64,000 bases of DNA from Octopus sinensis. Taxonomy: Eukaryota. The notes beneath the pieces were generated by a model. That model ran no database searches. It worked only from the letters and a program-made list of their open reading frames with translations, and was not told where the DNA came from. The DNA lies in NCBI RefSeq assembly GCF_006345805.1, contig NC_043003.1:42532001-42596000 (forward strand), written 5' to 3'. Below are positions 1-13,902 of this stretch, piece after piece; position 1 is the stretch's first letter; every line of letters begins with the position of its first letter. Made by a program: the position numbers and the translations under genes.

Positions 1-1477
1 TATGTATGTACACACACACAAACACACACACAACACACACATATATATAGAATCCATATATGTCTTTTACATTTTATATGTTGCATATATACATACATAT
101 GCATGTGTATGTATGAGTGCGTATTTCTGAGTATTTGCGTATGTGTGTGTGTGTGTGTGTGTGTATGCTTGTGCAAAATATTATATATTACGCACAAACA
201 TACTAATTGAATGTGTCCATGTAATGGCTTCCATGTATCCTGTCCCTATTTAAATTTCGCACATGGAACCAGATTGTACGACGATAGTTTTGTCTATCAC
301 TGTTTCTGCAACAGTTTTAGTTAAAATCATAATTAAAACATACAATCCATATTTTATCCATATATCGAATAAAATCCAAATTCTATCAACATTTATCATT
401 TAAATTATACACCACCCTTACCAAACAACAATGATGATAATAATAATAATAATCATAATCATAATAATAATATCGTTAATCATACTTACATGTACGTAAC
501 ATATCTTTCCTTTTCTCATCGCATACTCCGATACAATAACCCAAACACCTGAGCACACATACCTACAAATTCACATACGCACTTTTATTCTCTTCCCGCC
601 AGCGAGTCATTAATTTAATATTTAATCATAAAACAAACGATGTTTCTTTTCAGGCACAATTCCTTGACACTAAACTTTCTCGTTATCTCTATTACCAGAA
701 ACTGTCAGAAATATTTAAAGCGTTACTGTAACATAGAATTAAGTGACTCAATTTCTAATTTGCTTTATCTTGTTAAATTCATAATTTAAAATTTTGTTGG
801 TATTAATTATATTAAGAGACGTTCACACATTGAAACTGTCTTGGTTATAATGATGGTTTGGTAGATAAGATTACTGAAATTTTAACATGAAAGGTGTAGT
901 ATTCATTTTTGCTAGAACAACTTAATATCAACTGACGACACATATTTCATATAACATGAAGCGAGCAAGCGAAGGAGACTGAGCAGAATAACTCAACATG
1001 CAAGAAACCACAGCTAAGTGTCTCTCAAAATTACACTTTGATGCCATTAAAAGGAAAGACATATTGGTTAAAGTAGACAGAGAAAAACAACACCTAAGAG
1101 AGTTATATGCAGTGGCGTAGCTAGTGTGCTGTTTCAGTTAGCGAAGTTGACTACCATCCCAGTCCAAGAAATACGGCTTGTACTGCCTTGTATAGAAGAC
1201 CCAAAAGTGGCTCGCTCGTCAAAGTGTGGATCTGGGCAGACTGCACCCAAAGCTACGATACAAGGATATACATGGAGATAACATTTTGTCATACAACTGG
1301 TCTTTTACAGTTCAGCTGGAGCTACACAGGACAATAATATCGACGAAAACTTCTTTGATCAAGATATATTTAAAACTGTTAATATGTATATATATACTTA
1401 TTTACTACCTACCTACATCACTACTTACCTTTATAGATTTCCTTTTATAAGTTTTCAACTAATACACGTGTTGGATA

Positions 1478-1977
1478 AGTTTTGCTCATAGACTTTTTAA
1501 TTATTTTTTTTAACTAAACAGTTTAAAACTTCGCATACTGGCGTAATTTCTCAAGCTTAAAACAGCTAGCTTTCAGCATTTTTGACAAAATTTCGTATTT
1601 TAGAAGTAATTTCGTGTTAAAATTGTCGTATTTGGGTAATTTTAACCAATCAACGACGTGTATTTAGCTGAAGAAAGCTACTGCTGTATGCGATAAAAAA
1701 AAGGTGTAATACACTACACAGGCAGTAAACAAAAATAAAATAGAACAGAGTGGTGACATTTAGTAGGGATGACCCGGAAGTTGTTGCTCTTCGCTTTCTA
1801 TCGCATATACTAGTAGCATACGACAAGTTTAACACGAAATATCTTCTAAAATACGAAATTTTGTCAGAAATGTTGAAAGTCAACCGTGTTTAGCGTGAGA
1901 AACTACGCCAGTATACGAAGTTTCAAACTTTTTAGTTAAAAACAAAAACAAGAAAATTAATTCTGTGATCAAAATTG
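1478..1977. mobile_element. Long-palindrome (foldback/MITE-like) element 1
   Basis: Arm ~1478-1703 is the reverse complement of ~1794-1977 (e.g. aactaaacagtttaaaacttcgcatactggcg vs cgccagtatacgaagtttcaaactttttagtt), with a ~45-bp extra segment in the left arm and a ~90-bp spacer. No ORF and no clear TSD. Confidence 0.6.
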
Positions 1978-2113
1978 AAAAGATCCCATTTGTTTAAACT
2001 TCTCTCTCTCTCTCTCTCTTGTTGCTTCTTTCTGTGCTCATTTGCATTATATATATATAAACATTATTATTTCTAAATCTCTCAAAGGGAGATATTCAGC
2101 AACAGCAATTTAA

Positions 2114-2633
2114 AGTAAAGACTATTTGCCAACATAATGTGACATTCCTGAATGGAACGAATGTTACTGTGGTTTAACCCCAGGAAACGTCGTTTCCAGC
2201 TGGCTATATGACACAATATCTGTATCCTTATATTTTCGAACAGGGGAGCTCAGCACCCCTATACAGCACAAAACAATATTTTGTGAACCGGTTTTGGGGT
2301 TATTGCCCTTTCTCAAAACACAGTAGCTGTTCGGCTAGTCAGGGTTTTGTTTATTATATCAGTGATGTGTGACACTTTGAAAATTATATATTTTCGGACG
2401 GAAGTTTAGCAGCGCTGTCTAGCCGAATATCTACTCTGAAAAGGGGCAATAACCCAGAAACCGGTCCACGGTTGTTGCTTTGTGCTGGATGGAGGTGCTG
2501 AGCTCCCCTGTTCAAAAATATAAGGGCACAGATATTGTGTCGTATAGCCAGATGGAAACGACGTTTCCTGGGAGTAAACAACTGTTACATTCGTCCAATC
2601 CAGGACTGACACATTAAGTTGGCAAATAGTCTT

Positions 2634-2637
<4 letters not shown>
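2114..2637. mobile_element. Long-palindrome (foldback/MITE-like) element 2
   Basis: Arms ~2114-2338 and ~2419-2637 are diverged inverted repeats (agtaaagactatttgccaac ... gttggcaaatagtctttact) around an ~80-bp spacer. Confidence 0.7.
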
Positions 2638-2696
<59 letters not shown>

Positions 2697-2760
2697 TGTG
2701 TGTGTCCGTACATACAATGGTAGTGGATAGCAGTTCTTTGGCGAGACGTATTCAGTCATA

Positions 2761-3020
2761 CGAGGTTCTATGAAAAGGTTCCCAGACTAGTTATGTTTAA
2801 TAAAAAATAACGTATTTTCCTAAGTTTTAATATCATCTTCTTCGAAATAATAACCTTGCACAGCAATACATCGATCCCAGCGTTCCTGCCACTTTTGGAA
2901 TCCGGCCTGAAAGTCGTTTTGTGTACTCAAGCCGAAGATCTTCTGCGATTCTCTCTCTGGATCTTGACAAGAGTATCAAAATGGCGAGTTTTGAGCCGCA
3001 TTCTCATCTTTGAGAAGGGA
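2761..3020 (-). mobile_element. Mariner transposase C-terminus and terminal repeat remnant
   Basis: Minus strand reads FSKMRMRLKTRHFDTLVKIQRESQKIF...FQAGFQKWQERWDRCIAVQGYYFE, a typical mariner C-terminus. It ends at TA|CGAGG (TA at 2759-2760). Confidence 0.75.
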
Positions 3021-3876
3021 CCGAAGTCCTCAAGTGATCAAGTGTATTAGCTGCTCCTGAATTAACGTGTGATCGAGCAGCGCATACGTAGTTCCTAGTA
3101 ATTGAATGAAATATGTGGGCATGTGCGAGTATGTTGATTTGAATAAGAGTTTCTGATTTGTTTTATAAGCTATTAAGAGAAGAAACACCACTGTAATTAT
3201 TTTATCAGCACCAACATTCACCAGGGAGATCAACTCCTAATGATGCACATCCTAACACCCGACAAGTCAATATCTGCCAGTGATAACCGGGACTCTGGTC
3301 GATACGTTTGAAACTGTGTAAACAACTCTGATATTGCTTCTGCACTATAAACAAGATATCAACATACTCCCTTATACAACTTCACTTTATTACGCCATCT
3401 TCTCTCTACCTATCAATTTACACTGTCTCACCTCCAAAATTCTTTTATTAAATACTTCGACTAAAACTTTCTAATGACAACAGTCGTTCTTTGGAGTTAC
3501 TTTATCTTCCAAGTCTTGTCTTCTTACACGAATTTATAGAAGTTGAACCTGAACATGATTTGCATAGCACTTATGAGACTGGAAAGATATACATATTATG
3601 AGCTCTGCTTCTCTTATCTTATCAATTAATATAAATATAAACCTATAAATTATTCTGGACACTTTCTTTTAAATGGCTCCTTTTTTGATATATTGGCCTG
3701 CGACTATGTTTGAGCGCAGCCGTGTAGGTTTTCAGTCGAAAAAAATTTTCTGTTTTGCTTTGAATTTTAGAACTTATTCTAGCAGATCTGTTTTACCAAA
3801 CAACTAATGGTACGGAGACGTAAACAAACAAACACCCAGTTGTTAAGTAAAAGTGGGGTGACAACACAAAGACACG

Positions 3877-3877
<1 letters not shown>

Positions 3878-3969
<92 letters not shown>

Positions 3970-4030
3970 TGCATGCACATGAAAGTATATATATATATAT
4001 GTGTGTGTGTGTTTGTGTGTTGTGTGTGTA
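3878..4030. repeat. (TA)n/(TG)n microsatellite
   Basis: Direct reading; source of the YIYI ORFs. Confidence 0.95.
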
Positions 4031-4529
4031 TGAGTTAGAGGTTAAAAAAAACATCTCAAGGATATCAAATATCCAATATACTACTGGTTGTGTATCAATG
4101 TATTTTTAACCAAGTGCTTACTATAGCATGGCAATATTGCAATTAAATATTATGCATGGGTGGGGGTAAATTGGAAATTTACCTAGGATTTATAAGGGAA
4201 ATAAGAAAAGGGAGGGGATATAAAATCGACAAACATCAGCCAGTAAACATTACATTATATCTATTTATTAGATGGTAACAAGCATGTGTCAAGTGGTACA
4301 AGTAACCGAATGAGATCAGCCAATAAATATGTAAATATATATATATATATATATACAGTTTCAACCATGAGGCCTTAAAATCTTCCAAGTCATCCTCATC
4401 ACGTCAGTGTTATACAGAGATACGTATTTATTGAGTGAACTCATTCGGTTACTTGTACCACTTAACACATGTTGAATGTATATGTGTGTATACACACACA
4501 CACGCACACACTCACACACACGATTGCCT

Positions 4530-4685
4530 TCCATCCAGTTTCCTTCTACAAAATTCATTCACAAGGTGTTGAGTCGATTTGGGTCTACAGTAGAAGACAT
4601 TTACTCAAGATGCCGCGAAATGGGACTGAGCCCAAAGCCACGTAGCTGGAAAGCGAATTTGTTAACCACACAGCTATGCTCACTC
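4530..4685 (-). mobile_element. SINE family B (CORE-like tRNA SINE), degenerate 5' half
   Basis: Reverse-complement similarity to the head and core of the 11487-11934 copy. Confidence 0.55.
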
Positions 4686-5522
4686 GTATGCAAATTTTGT
4701 CCGTTGGGGAATTTTAACCATCGGCAAGATATGAAAAAAAAAAAATAAATAAAAAGCAGAACAGCCTCAGACAGTTCACCGATTTATTAACGTTGTTCAA
4801 CAAAACAAATATAGAAGTAAACTCCAGAATCTATAACAGATTCGACATTATACTAATTTATGTAGTGAGTCACCATTGAAGCCGGGACTCCGGCTCGGTC
4901 TCAGCCGCAAAAGTGAAAATGAATTAAAGAAATACATACTAAAATTCTATATATAAATCATTATATATATAGACAATACGCACCAAGAAATTAACAAAGG
5001 AAAGGAGTGACAGGGGTGGTATGAGAAGGGAGGTTGGAAATAAGAGATGACGGACGAAGAGAGGCTGTAGGCAATTTCCTGATTCACGCCACATTATAAC
5101 CTTAATTCGTCATATCTTTTATGTCTTTGAGACACTTAATGTAGTAGCCAGTGCTGTTTCAGCATGTATTTCAATAACTACGAAACATACTTCAATTTCT
5201 TTCAAAATCAATATCGTTTTAAAAGAAATAGCTTAATTCAATTACAAGAGTTGATCAGCATTTTAAGAAAAAGGGTTACAAACTTATTAAGATTTTCACT
5301 GTATATCGGATTTCCATCTTATTGAACAATGTTTAGTTTAATTTTGGACGTGAAAGTGAGCTGTGAAAGTCGATGTCGAATTTAAAGCCAGTTAACAAGC
5401 AATATCTATAGAACTGTGCATATGATTTGAAATGGTGTTTGAAAGTTTTTGAATTATAAATATCTTGCCGCTACAAATAACAACTAACAGGATTCCTCAG
5501 ACATGTTTAAACACCAAGTCCT

Positions 5523-5841
5523 ATGATCGGCATCCATTATTCACGATCACCACTACCTCCTCCTCCTCCTCCTCCTCCCACTCCTTGTATTACAACTACT
5601 AGTACTAACTCCACAATCACCACCACTACGACCGAAGCCACTGCGTCCACACATACCAGCACCGCCGCCGCTACCGCTGCCACCGCTACCACCGCTGCCA
5701 CCACCGCTGCCACCGCCACCACCACTGCCACCGCCGCCACCACCGTCATCGTCACCACTGCTACCGACTCCATCACCATCGACGCCACTGCCATCACCAC
5801 CACCACATGTATTCGTACAAGCACCGGCACCAATACCTGGT

Positions 5842-5874
<33 letters not shown>

Positions 5875-5990
5875 TTACTACTATTACTACTACTACTGCT
5901 ACTACTACCACCACCACCACTACTACTACTTTTGCTGCTGCTACTACTACTATTACTACTACTACTACTACTACTTTGCATATCTTACTA
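5523..5990. repeat. Mosaic trinucleotide repeat (CCT/ACC/GCC/ACT)
   Basis: Stop-free triplet runs explain the overlapping poly-T/V/S/Y ORFs. Confidence 0.9.
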
Positions 5991-6468
5991 TGTAATCGTT
6001 GATTTTCAAGACTTCACCTGGTATCAGTACATGACGGTGGCGTGATGGTTGTTAAGTTCAGATACACGAAATAAACCAGGTATTAAAGTAAGGTCATTGA
6101 GTCGGTCGTTAATTGGGATGTGGCCATGTGGCCGAGGTCATCTTTGCCTTTTATTCGTTTGATTTCAACGAAATAACCTCCTAATCAAATATCGGTATCA
6201 GCTTGTTCGACCATACTCTCATTCTTTCCCCAAAATGTTTGGCCTTGTACCTATGTAATACATTATTATTTCAGTGAGCATCTTGCAGCGAAATATATTT
6301 CATCGAAGTTTTAGTTGTTAATGGTGATGTTGTTCGTGGTAGGATTGGTGTTTATCTTATGTTTATCTATAATTAAGCAGACCTGTGATGAAAGCCGATA
6401 TACAAGCGGTCAGCTAAACGTTTATTGTTTTGAGGATACATACATACATACATATATGTGTGTGTGTG

Positions 6469-6522
<54 letters not shown>

Positions 6523-6659
6523 AAACGGGAACATGAAACTCTGGTGTAAGAGTGTGTGAAGATTTTGCACCCTTAGTGCTTTAATAAAAGGCATATTACA
6601 CTACCTACGACATTCGAGTACTATTTATTTCCACCTTGTTTTGTATTTATGTGCTTACA

Positions 6660-7076
<417 letters not shown>

Positions 7077-7080
<4 letters not shown>

Positions 7081-7460
7081 ATAAATATTAGGGAATAAAT
7101 CCAAATTTACAGGGAAAAAATCAGATTTAGGATTAAATCCAATTTTATAGTAAAATATTATATAATATTAATTAGAGACAAACCACTATTTGGCAAAACA
7201 AACAAGGAAAGACTTAATCAATACATAAAATTTTAATAAAAAGTAAAAAAACCGCCACTACAATTGTTCATGTCTTCTAATGACAATCTTCAGGTGGATT
7301 TCCGATTTCAAATCAGTTTCAATTAATGAAGTCATTAAGATTGTCATTAGAAGACATGAAACAATTGTAGTGGCGGTTTTTTAACTTTTTATTAAAATTT
7401 TATGTATTGATTAAGTCTTTCCTTGTTTGTTTTGCAAAATAGTGGTTTTGTCTCTAATTA
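7077..7460. mobile_element. Penelope-like terminal fragment with inverted duplication and split hammerhead motif
   Basis: 7169-7290 and 7337-7460 are near-perfect inverted repeats. Minus strand 7297-7255 reads CCAC-CTGAAGA-TTGTC-ATTAGAA-GACAT-GAAC-AATT-GTA-GTGG. Confidence 0.6.
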
Positions 7461-7464
7461 TATT

Positions 7465-7510
<46 letters not shown>

Positions 7511-9451
7511 ATTATATATATATATATACAAATATATATGAATGAGTGTGTATATGTCTATATATATATACGTAAGTACAGGTATGCGCATGTGATTGTA
7601 AATGCGTGTACACCTGCGCGCACGTATGTGCGTGTGCATGTACATATACATGTATGCGCGCGTATATGTATGAATACATTTACGGATGAGCGTGAGCATG
7701 CATGTGTGTAAATAAGCATGTGTATGTATAGTCGAATGTATATGTTTGTATATATGTGTGTGAGTGTATATGTATGTATACATATTTGCACATATTATCT
7801 CTATATATATATGTATGTGAATGCATGCGTACGTATGTCATTATACCTTCTTTCCTCCTCCCTGATTCCCACCTATCACGAACCTATCACTTACATTTAT
7901 TCATAGTAATTTGACATCCTTGTATTCTTCCCTTCACTTCAAATTTTACTACCAAATCTACTACTCACTTCGGTATCACTCCACCCATACCGTTTCTCAA
8001 ACTTATCTCTACCTATCGCTTAATGCAGATCTGTCATATCACCCTACTCGCATATCTCCCATTGTTTTACTCCTTACCTTCTCATCTCATCCTATCCTTC
8101 CCACACACCTCTCCCATTCTCCCATCACATTATCTTGATCACCAACTAACACTCCTTTTCTCACTTCTTTCACCCTTTCTTCATTTCATTTCACTCTTTT
8201 CACTTTCTGTTCTTTTTTTACTCTCCCTTGTTTCATTTTCTCTTTCTTCCTCTCATTTTCTCTTATTTTAAATTTTACCTATCTCCTCTTTCTAATCATA
8301 CACATCTCTCCTCCCCCATATATCCACAAATACTATCAATACATTCTCAATTTTCGTTCACACCACAAAACTGATTCCACGGCTCCCTACTTTGAAATGA
8401 CTAAACATGAACTGTTATTGGAACTTACATACCGTGTACAGGAAACTTTTATACCACTTCTATACACCATTTCCCTCGAAGAATGGAACAGCAACAACAA
8501 TATCGTTATATATCTTATTTTTACTTTCATTTTTATATTTCCCTCTATATTCCCAATCTCCTACTTTTTCTAATAATTCAAACACAAATATTTTCTCACA
8601 CCGTCTCTGATGAAGGGATATCCATAATATCCAAGAAACAACTGTAAGACTATTTCATTATAAATGTCTTGAAAACTCCTTGCAGTCTTGGCTTTGTTAT
8701 CTCATTGTGCCTAATAAAGATATATATATATATATATATATGATATTTGCTGCTTAGATAATAGTAAAGGAAACACATCAGACACACACACTGAGTTATA
8801 TATACTGAGAAACTGAAATGTATACATGCGTATATATGTATGCATGTGTGTGTATGTTTGTGTGTATATATGTGTGTGCAAGAGTGTAATCATGCATGCT
8901 GACTTACAAGGAAATGCATATATACGTATGCATCATGGTGTTCTAACCGTTGGGCTATCAAGCCTATGTATACGTACATGCATAAATGTGTTTTGCTATA
9001 CAACTAAGTATAGATATTCACACATGCAGACATATACACACACACACACGCACACATACACACACACTGAGACACATATCGATAAATACATATACATACA
9101 TAAGTACATAAATACATATATGCATATATATATACATATATATATACACACCTATGCGTTTATGTTTATATGTTAATGTATTTATACAATTATATTCCTA
9201 AAATTATACGACTACTTCTATATGCGTGTGTATGCATGTGTGTGTATAATTTAAGAATATGTTCCTATGCCAAAATACATATACATATATATGTATACAT
9301 ATATACGTATATATATATATTTATATATATATAAATATATATATATGTATATATATATATATTATATATATATAAATATATATATATGTATATATATATA
9401 TAATATATCTACCTATATATATATATATTTATATACATATATATAAAGGTG

Positions 9452-9491
<40 letters not shown>

Positions 9492-10454
9492 ATAATATAC
9501 ATAATGTATATATTACATATATAATACACATACATATAATATACATACATATATACATACATATCCACATATATTCATAAATATATGCATATATACATAA
9601 ACGCCCACAGTTATGTATAGGTCACACATACATACATCCACCCACACACATGTACACGCACACGCACATAAATATGTAATTCTGGTTTAAACATGTGTGA
9701 AAAGACCCATCTAAAGCTTATTATATCTCCGAGCCTCGTTCTCAATTCTCGCTTCATTTGACTTCCATTTTGCTTTATATGAAATCATTTATGTTTCTGT
9801 ATGTATTTGGAAATATCTACTCGCCTCTGTATTCTCACCAATTATTCTACCACATTCTTACACACCACACACTTACGTTCTAACTCCTTCAGCCTTACAG
9901 TAGCCATCATTTTCTTTCCCTTCAGCTCTTTCACTCATTCTCTTTTTTCCTTTACTCATTCGTCTATGAGTAAAAGCGATCATGTGGTTGGCCATTCACA
10001 TGAATATATCAATAGAATTACGCCTAATTACTCGGAATAGATAGATATATGTGTGTCGATTTATGTACATATGCTTACATACATCGATGTGTCATGTTTG
10101 TATGTGTGAATATCTATATGTATATTTGTCTGTATTTGCTTTTGTGTGTGTATCTGTGTATAGGTATATTTGTTCGTACGTAGATATATCTGTGCGTTTG
10201 TGTACCTGTTTCTGTGTGTTCGCGCGCGTTATATAGAACAGAACATTTTCTGTAATGATGAGATGAACGTTTGGCTTCCATTAAACGAATAAACTTTACA
10301 GTATGTATTTAGAACACATCTCTCAATTATACAGCCAAAGGCACACGCACTTATCTACAGGAACACACACAAGTTAACAAACACTCAAACATGCACACAC
10401 ACACACACGGACACATAAATACACAAACCGTCTTCTTCATCATAGTCATCATTT

Positions 10455-10455
10455 T

Positions 10456-10511
<56 letters not shown>

Positions 10512-10575
10512 TAATAATAATAGTAATAATAATGATAATAATAATAATGATAATAATAATGATAATGATGATAAA

Positions 10576-10630
<55 letters not shown>
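10455..10630. repeat. (AAT)n followed by (ATT)n microsatellite
   Basis: Direct reading; the two halves are complementary. Confidence 0.95.
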
Positions 10631-10631
<1 letters not shown>

Positions 10632-10831
10632 CGTTACATCTTCAGATATATTTTTGATTGATAAATTACCGAATGCTTAATGTTAAACAGTAGAGATTAC
10701 TCATGTAAAACATACGTAAAATATCCCATGGACCATAAAAGCAAACATCAGTATAATCCAAACACTGCGCTATGTTTCTAGAGCTAACCCAATCTCATTA
10801 AAGGAAAAAGTGCTTTATATATGTGAACGTA

Positions 10832-10990
10832 GGCGTGAATGGGTGCTTAGAAGTTTGCTCCATAAGCACATGATTACAGGTTCAGTCCCACTGTGTGGTA
10901 CTTGGGCAAATGTGTACTGCTATAGCCTCGGGCCGACCAATGCTTTGTAAGGGGATCTGACAGAGGAAAACTGAAAGAGATCCGTGCCCA
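10832..10990 (+). mobile_element. SINE family B, degenerate 5' half
   Basis: ggttcagtcccactg...ttgggcaa...tatagcctcgggccgaccaa matches the 11487 copy. Confidence 0.65.
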
Positions 10991-11486
10991 AACATAAACC
11001 TGGAAGTATATAATAATGCTACCGGATAGTATTGGATAATTCTGAGGGTCGACGAGCTTTATACTGTATGTATATATTATACTGTAGTGTGTGAGTATGA
11101 TGTGCATGTTTGAGTGAGGTGATACCTAACATCTCATGCAAAATATTATATGATAAATTTGTATCTACTTTTGAATACTCTTTTCTACATTAAGACTAAT
11201 GTGTGCACATGTGTGAGTTATCGTTATTTCACTCACATTTAGCGTCGTTTAGACTCAATACTCTATGATCGAGCAAAACTGTGGACGATGAAGTCAAACT
11301 CTACTCGTTTGAATTCGTTCAGCATAAATGTAATAGTTTAGTGTCTGGCATTTTGCACAAGGTACAAGTGCAGATTCTAACTCTTTTCTAACTTATTAAC
11401 ACACACTGGTAATTGACTAGGACCAGTGAAAACGTAGAGCAGCGGTGGTTGCTTACTATGAAAAATCAAATAAAATTTCCCTATAT

Positions 11487-11652
11487 AGGCGTAAGAGTGG
11501 CTGTGTGGTAAGTAGCTAGCTTACGAACCACATGGTTCCGGGTTCAGTCCCACCGCGTGGCACCTTGGGCAAGTGTCTTTTACTATAGCCTCGGGCCGAC
11601 CAAAGCCTTATGAATGGATTTGGTAGACGGAAGCTGAAAGAAGCCTTTCGTG

Positions 11653-11690
<38 letters not shown>

Positions 11691-11934
11691 ATATATATTT
11701 GTGTGTGTGCGTGTGTGTGTGTGTGTGTTTGTGGGTCTGTGTTTGTCCTCCAACATCGCTTGACAACCGATGCTGGTGTGTTTACGTCCCCATAACTTAG
11801 CGGTTCGGGAAAAAGAGACCGCTATAATAAGTACAAGGCTTACAAAGAATAATTTGTGGGGTCGATTTGCTCGACTAAAGGCGGTGCTCCAGCATGGCCA
11901 CAGTCAAATGACAGAAACAAGTAAAAGAGTAAAA
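11487..11934 (+). mobile_element. SINE family B, full length (tRNA-like head, CORE-like segment, TA/TG linker, 3' part, AAAAGAGT tail)
   Basis: About ten homologous copies in the window. A/B-box-like motifs (tggctgtgtggt; gggttcagtccc) and a caccttgggcaagtg CORE-like segment. Confidence 0.88.
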
Positions 11935-13387
11935 AATAGTATATACTGAGTCCATCAAGTTCTCATGTGATACGAAACCCTAAGAAAAATGCTATAACAA
12001 TGAATCTTATTCTCCTCATCATTCCACAAGAATGAGCAAAAAATATAAATGACACTCGTAAAATAAGTTTTCGAAATTGAGTGACTGTATTTCGCTCTAT
12101 CCTCTGATCCATTTCAGCTGCTGAATTATTTCAGTAGCTAAAAGATTTGAGTGTGTGTGCGTGCGTGCGCGCATATATGTGTGTGTAAAGATACAGCTAA
12201 AATTTATCACTTTCTGTAACATATCTGGGACTAGTCTTTTCACAATCCAGCTCTTTCGAATGCTTTTCAGAGCAGTATTCGAACCTGACACTGCAAAGAA
12301 TCGAAACACTCGTCACTTTTACTTTGTTGCTGCGACTTAAAGATTTAGCTTTGCTCCCTGGCTTTTATATATCTTTATCATTATTAGCATTACTGGTGGA
12401 CATTCCACGCTTAGTCTGAAAACTGTGAGACGGTTAGAATTTTATAGAAAGCCATGAAATATATGTATATATTGAAACTTTTAAAAATATTTCATTCTTT
12501 AGATGGTATAGATATTCTCATTTGTAGTACTGACTGTACAGTGTTAGATTTAATTTATTAAAGCTATATACACTTGACACTTTTCCTCATTGAGAGTTGT
12601 TATTAATTTTCACTTTACGTTCAGAAGTAAACAATGTTAATTATGGAACGAAATCGAGGGCTTACTCTGTCTATAATATTAACTTGCTACAGTACGACTA
12701 CGTTGATAAGATTTTACAAAATTCTAATACATTGGTTGACATTTATATTTTTATATCAGACTATAGTTTACTTGGTTAGACTTGAATTCAGAGGCTAGTA
12801 ACAAATATATAAGCTAGCGGTGTCGTAACTTATCTCAATGTCTGAGGACAAATCAATTAACAAATACATATTAATAAATCTATATTTTTAAAAAAAGGCA
12901 TGAGAGCACAAAAACTTTCACTCGATGTGCTAGAAATTGTAACCAAATCTCTCTCCCTCTCTCATTTGACACCCTAAAAAGAAGCATCAAAATAAGTTGT
13001 TCTGCACGGGTAGAAAGTGTACATGAACGAGACATTACTCTTGGTTTGACTATAAGTCAATCAGGAGTGGTATGGGCTTAAAAAACTAAAACAAGAAAAA
13101 TGACATTAGCAGCAAAGCGAGTTTATCAACTTATTTGTTCAACCTGCTAGGAAAATCAGCCAAATTTCTCCCAAATATCATTTGTCCAAGCGAAACATTC
13201 ATGATGTGACAACTGGAGGGAGAAAGGGCTTCGCCGGTACTGGGTTCCTACTTTTGATATCGATCTCGTAAGAAGCAGACAGTACCATTTCAACAAAGAG
13301 GAAAGGACCAGAAAAATTACCGCAACGTATTCTATCGGACGCTTTATCGACTCTTTCATTCGACTGTCTAATAATGTTGTAATCTGA

Positions 13388-13600
13388 GGGTGGGGAACTA
13401 GCAGATTCGTTAGCACGCCGGAAAAAATGCTTAGTGGCATTTCGGCCGTACGTTGTGAGTTCAAATTCCACTGAGGTCAACTCTGTCTTTCATCCGTTCG
13501 GGTCGATAAAATAGGTACCTATTGAGTATTGGTGTCAATGTAATCAACTTGCCTCCTTTCCCTGAAACGCTAGCCTTTTGCCAAATTTTGAAATCAATAA
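13388..13600 (+). mobile_element. SINE family A, single degenerate copy
   Basis: gttagcacgccgg...gagttcaaattcc...tttcatcc...gggtcgataaa, as in the copies at 20641 and 39302. Confidence 0.75.
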
Positions 13601-13646
13601 TATAAGACAGTAAATGAATCTCTGCCTGTGTCGACAATGAGAAATC

Positions 13647-13817
13647 AGTTCTATATTTAAGAGATGACGAATTACGTACATTATTTTCATTTGACTGATA
13701 TTTGTCCTCATCTTGTTAACACAACGTTTCGGTTGATATACCCTCCAGCCTTCATCAGGTGTCTTGGTGACATTTCGAACCTGGGTTCTCATTCCTAAGG
13801 TATTTTTCGATGCTGTT
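13647..13817 (-). mobile_element. Hammerhead-tail element H1, copy 1 (no head)
   Basis: Reverse complement of catcgaaaaataccttaggaatgagaacccaggttcgaaa...; homologous to 14009, 15680 and 45251. Confidence 0.85.
13718..13763 (-). ncRNA. Minimal type I hammerhead ribozyme motif (best-preserved copy)
   Basis: GACAC-CTGATGA-A-GGCTG-gagggtatat-CAACC-GAAACGTT-GTGTT: stem I GACAC/GTGTT, intact cores, stem II with one mismatch, palindromic ACGT helix III, GUU cleavage triplet. Folded by eye. Confidence 0.65.
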
Positions 13818-13836
13818 ATAATTATTATTATTATTA

Positions 13837-13898
<62 letters not shown>

Positions 13899-13902
13899 CC
13901 AC

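Noticed and set aside
1109-1265. hAT-type MITE starting CAGTGGCGTAGC
   Set aside because: The matching right terminus is too degenerate, and no TSD is visible.
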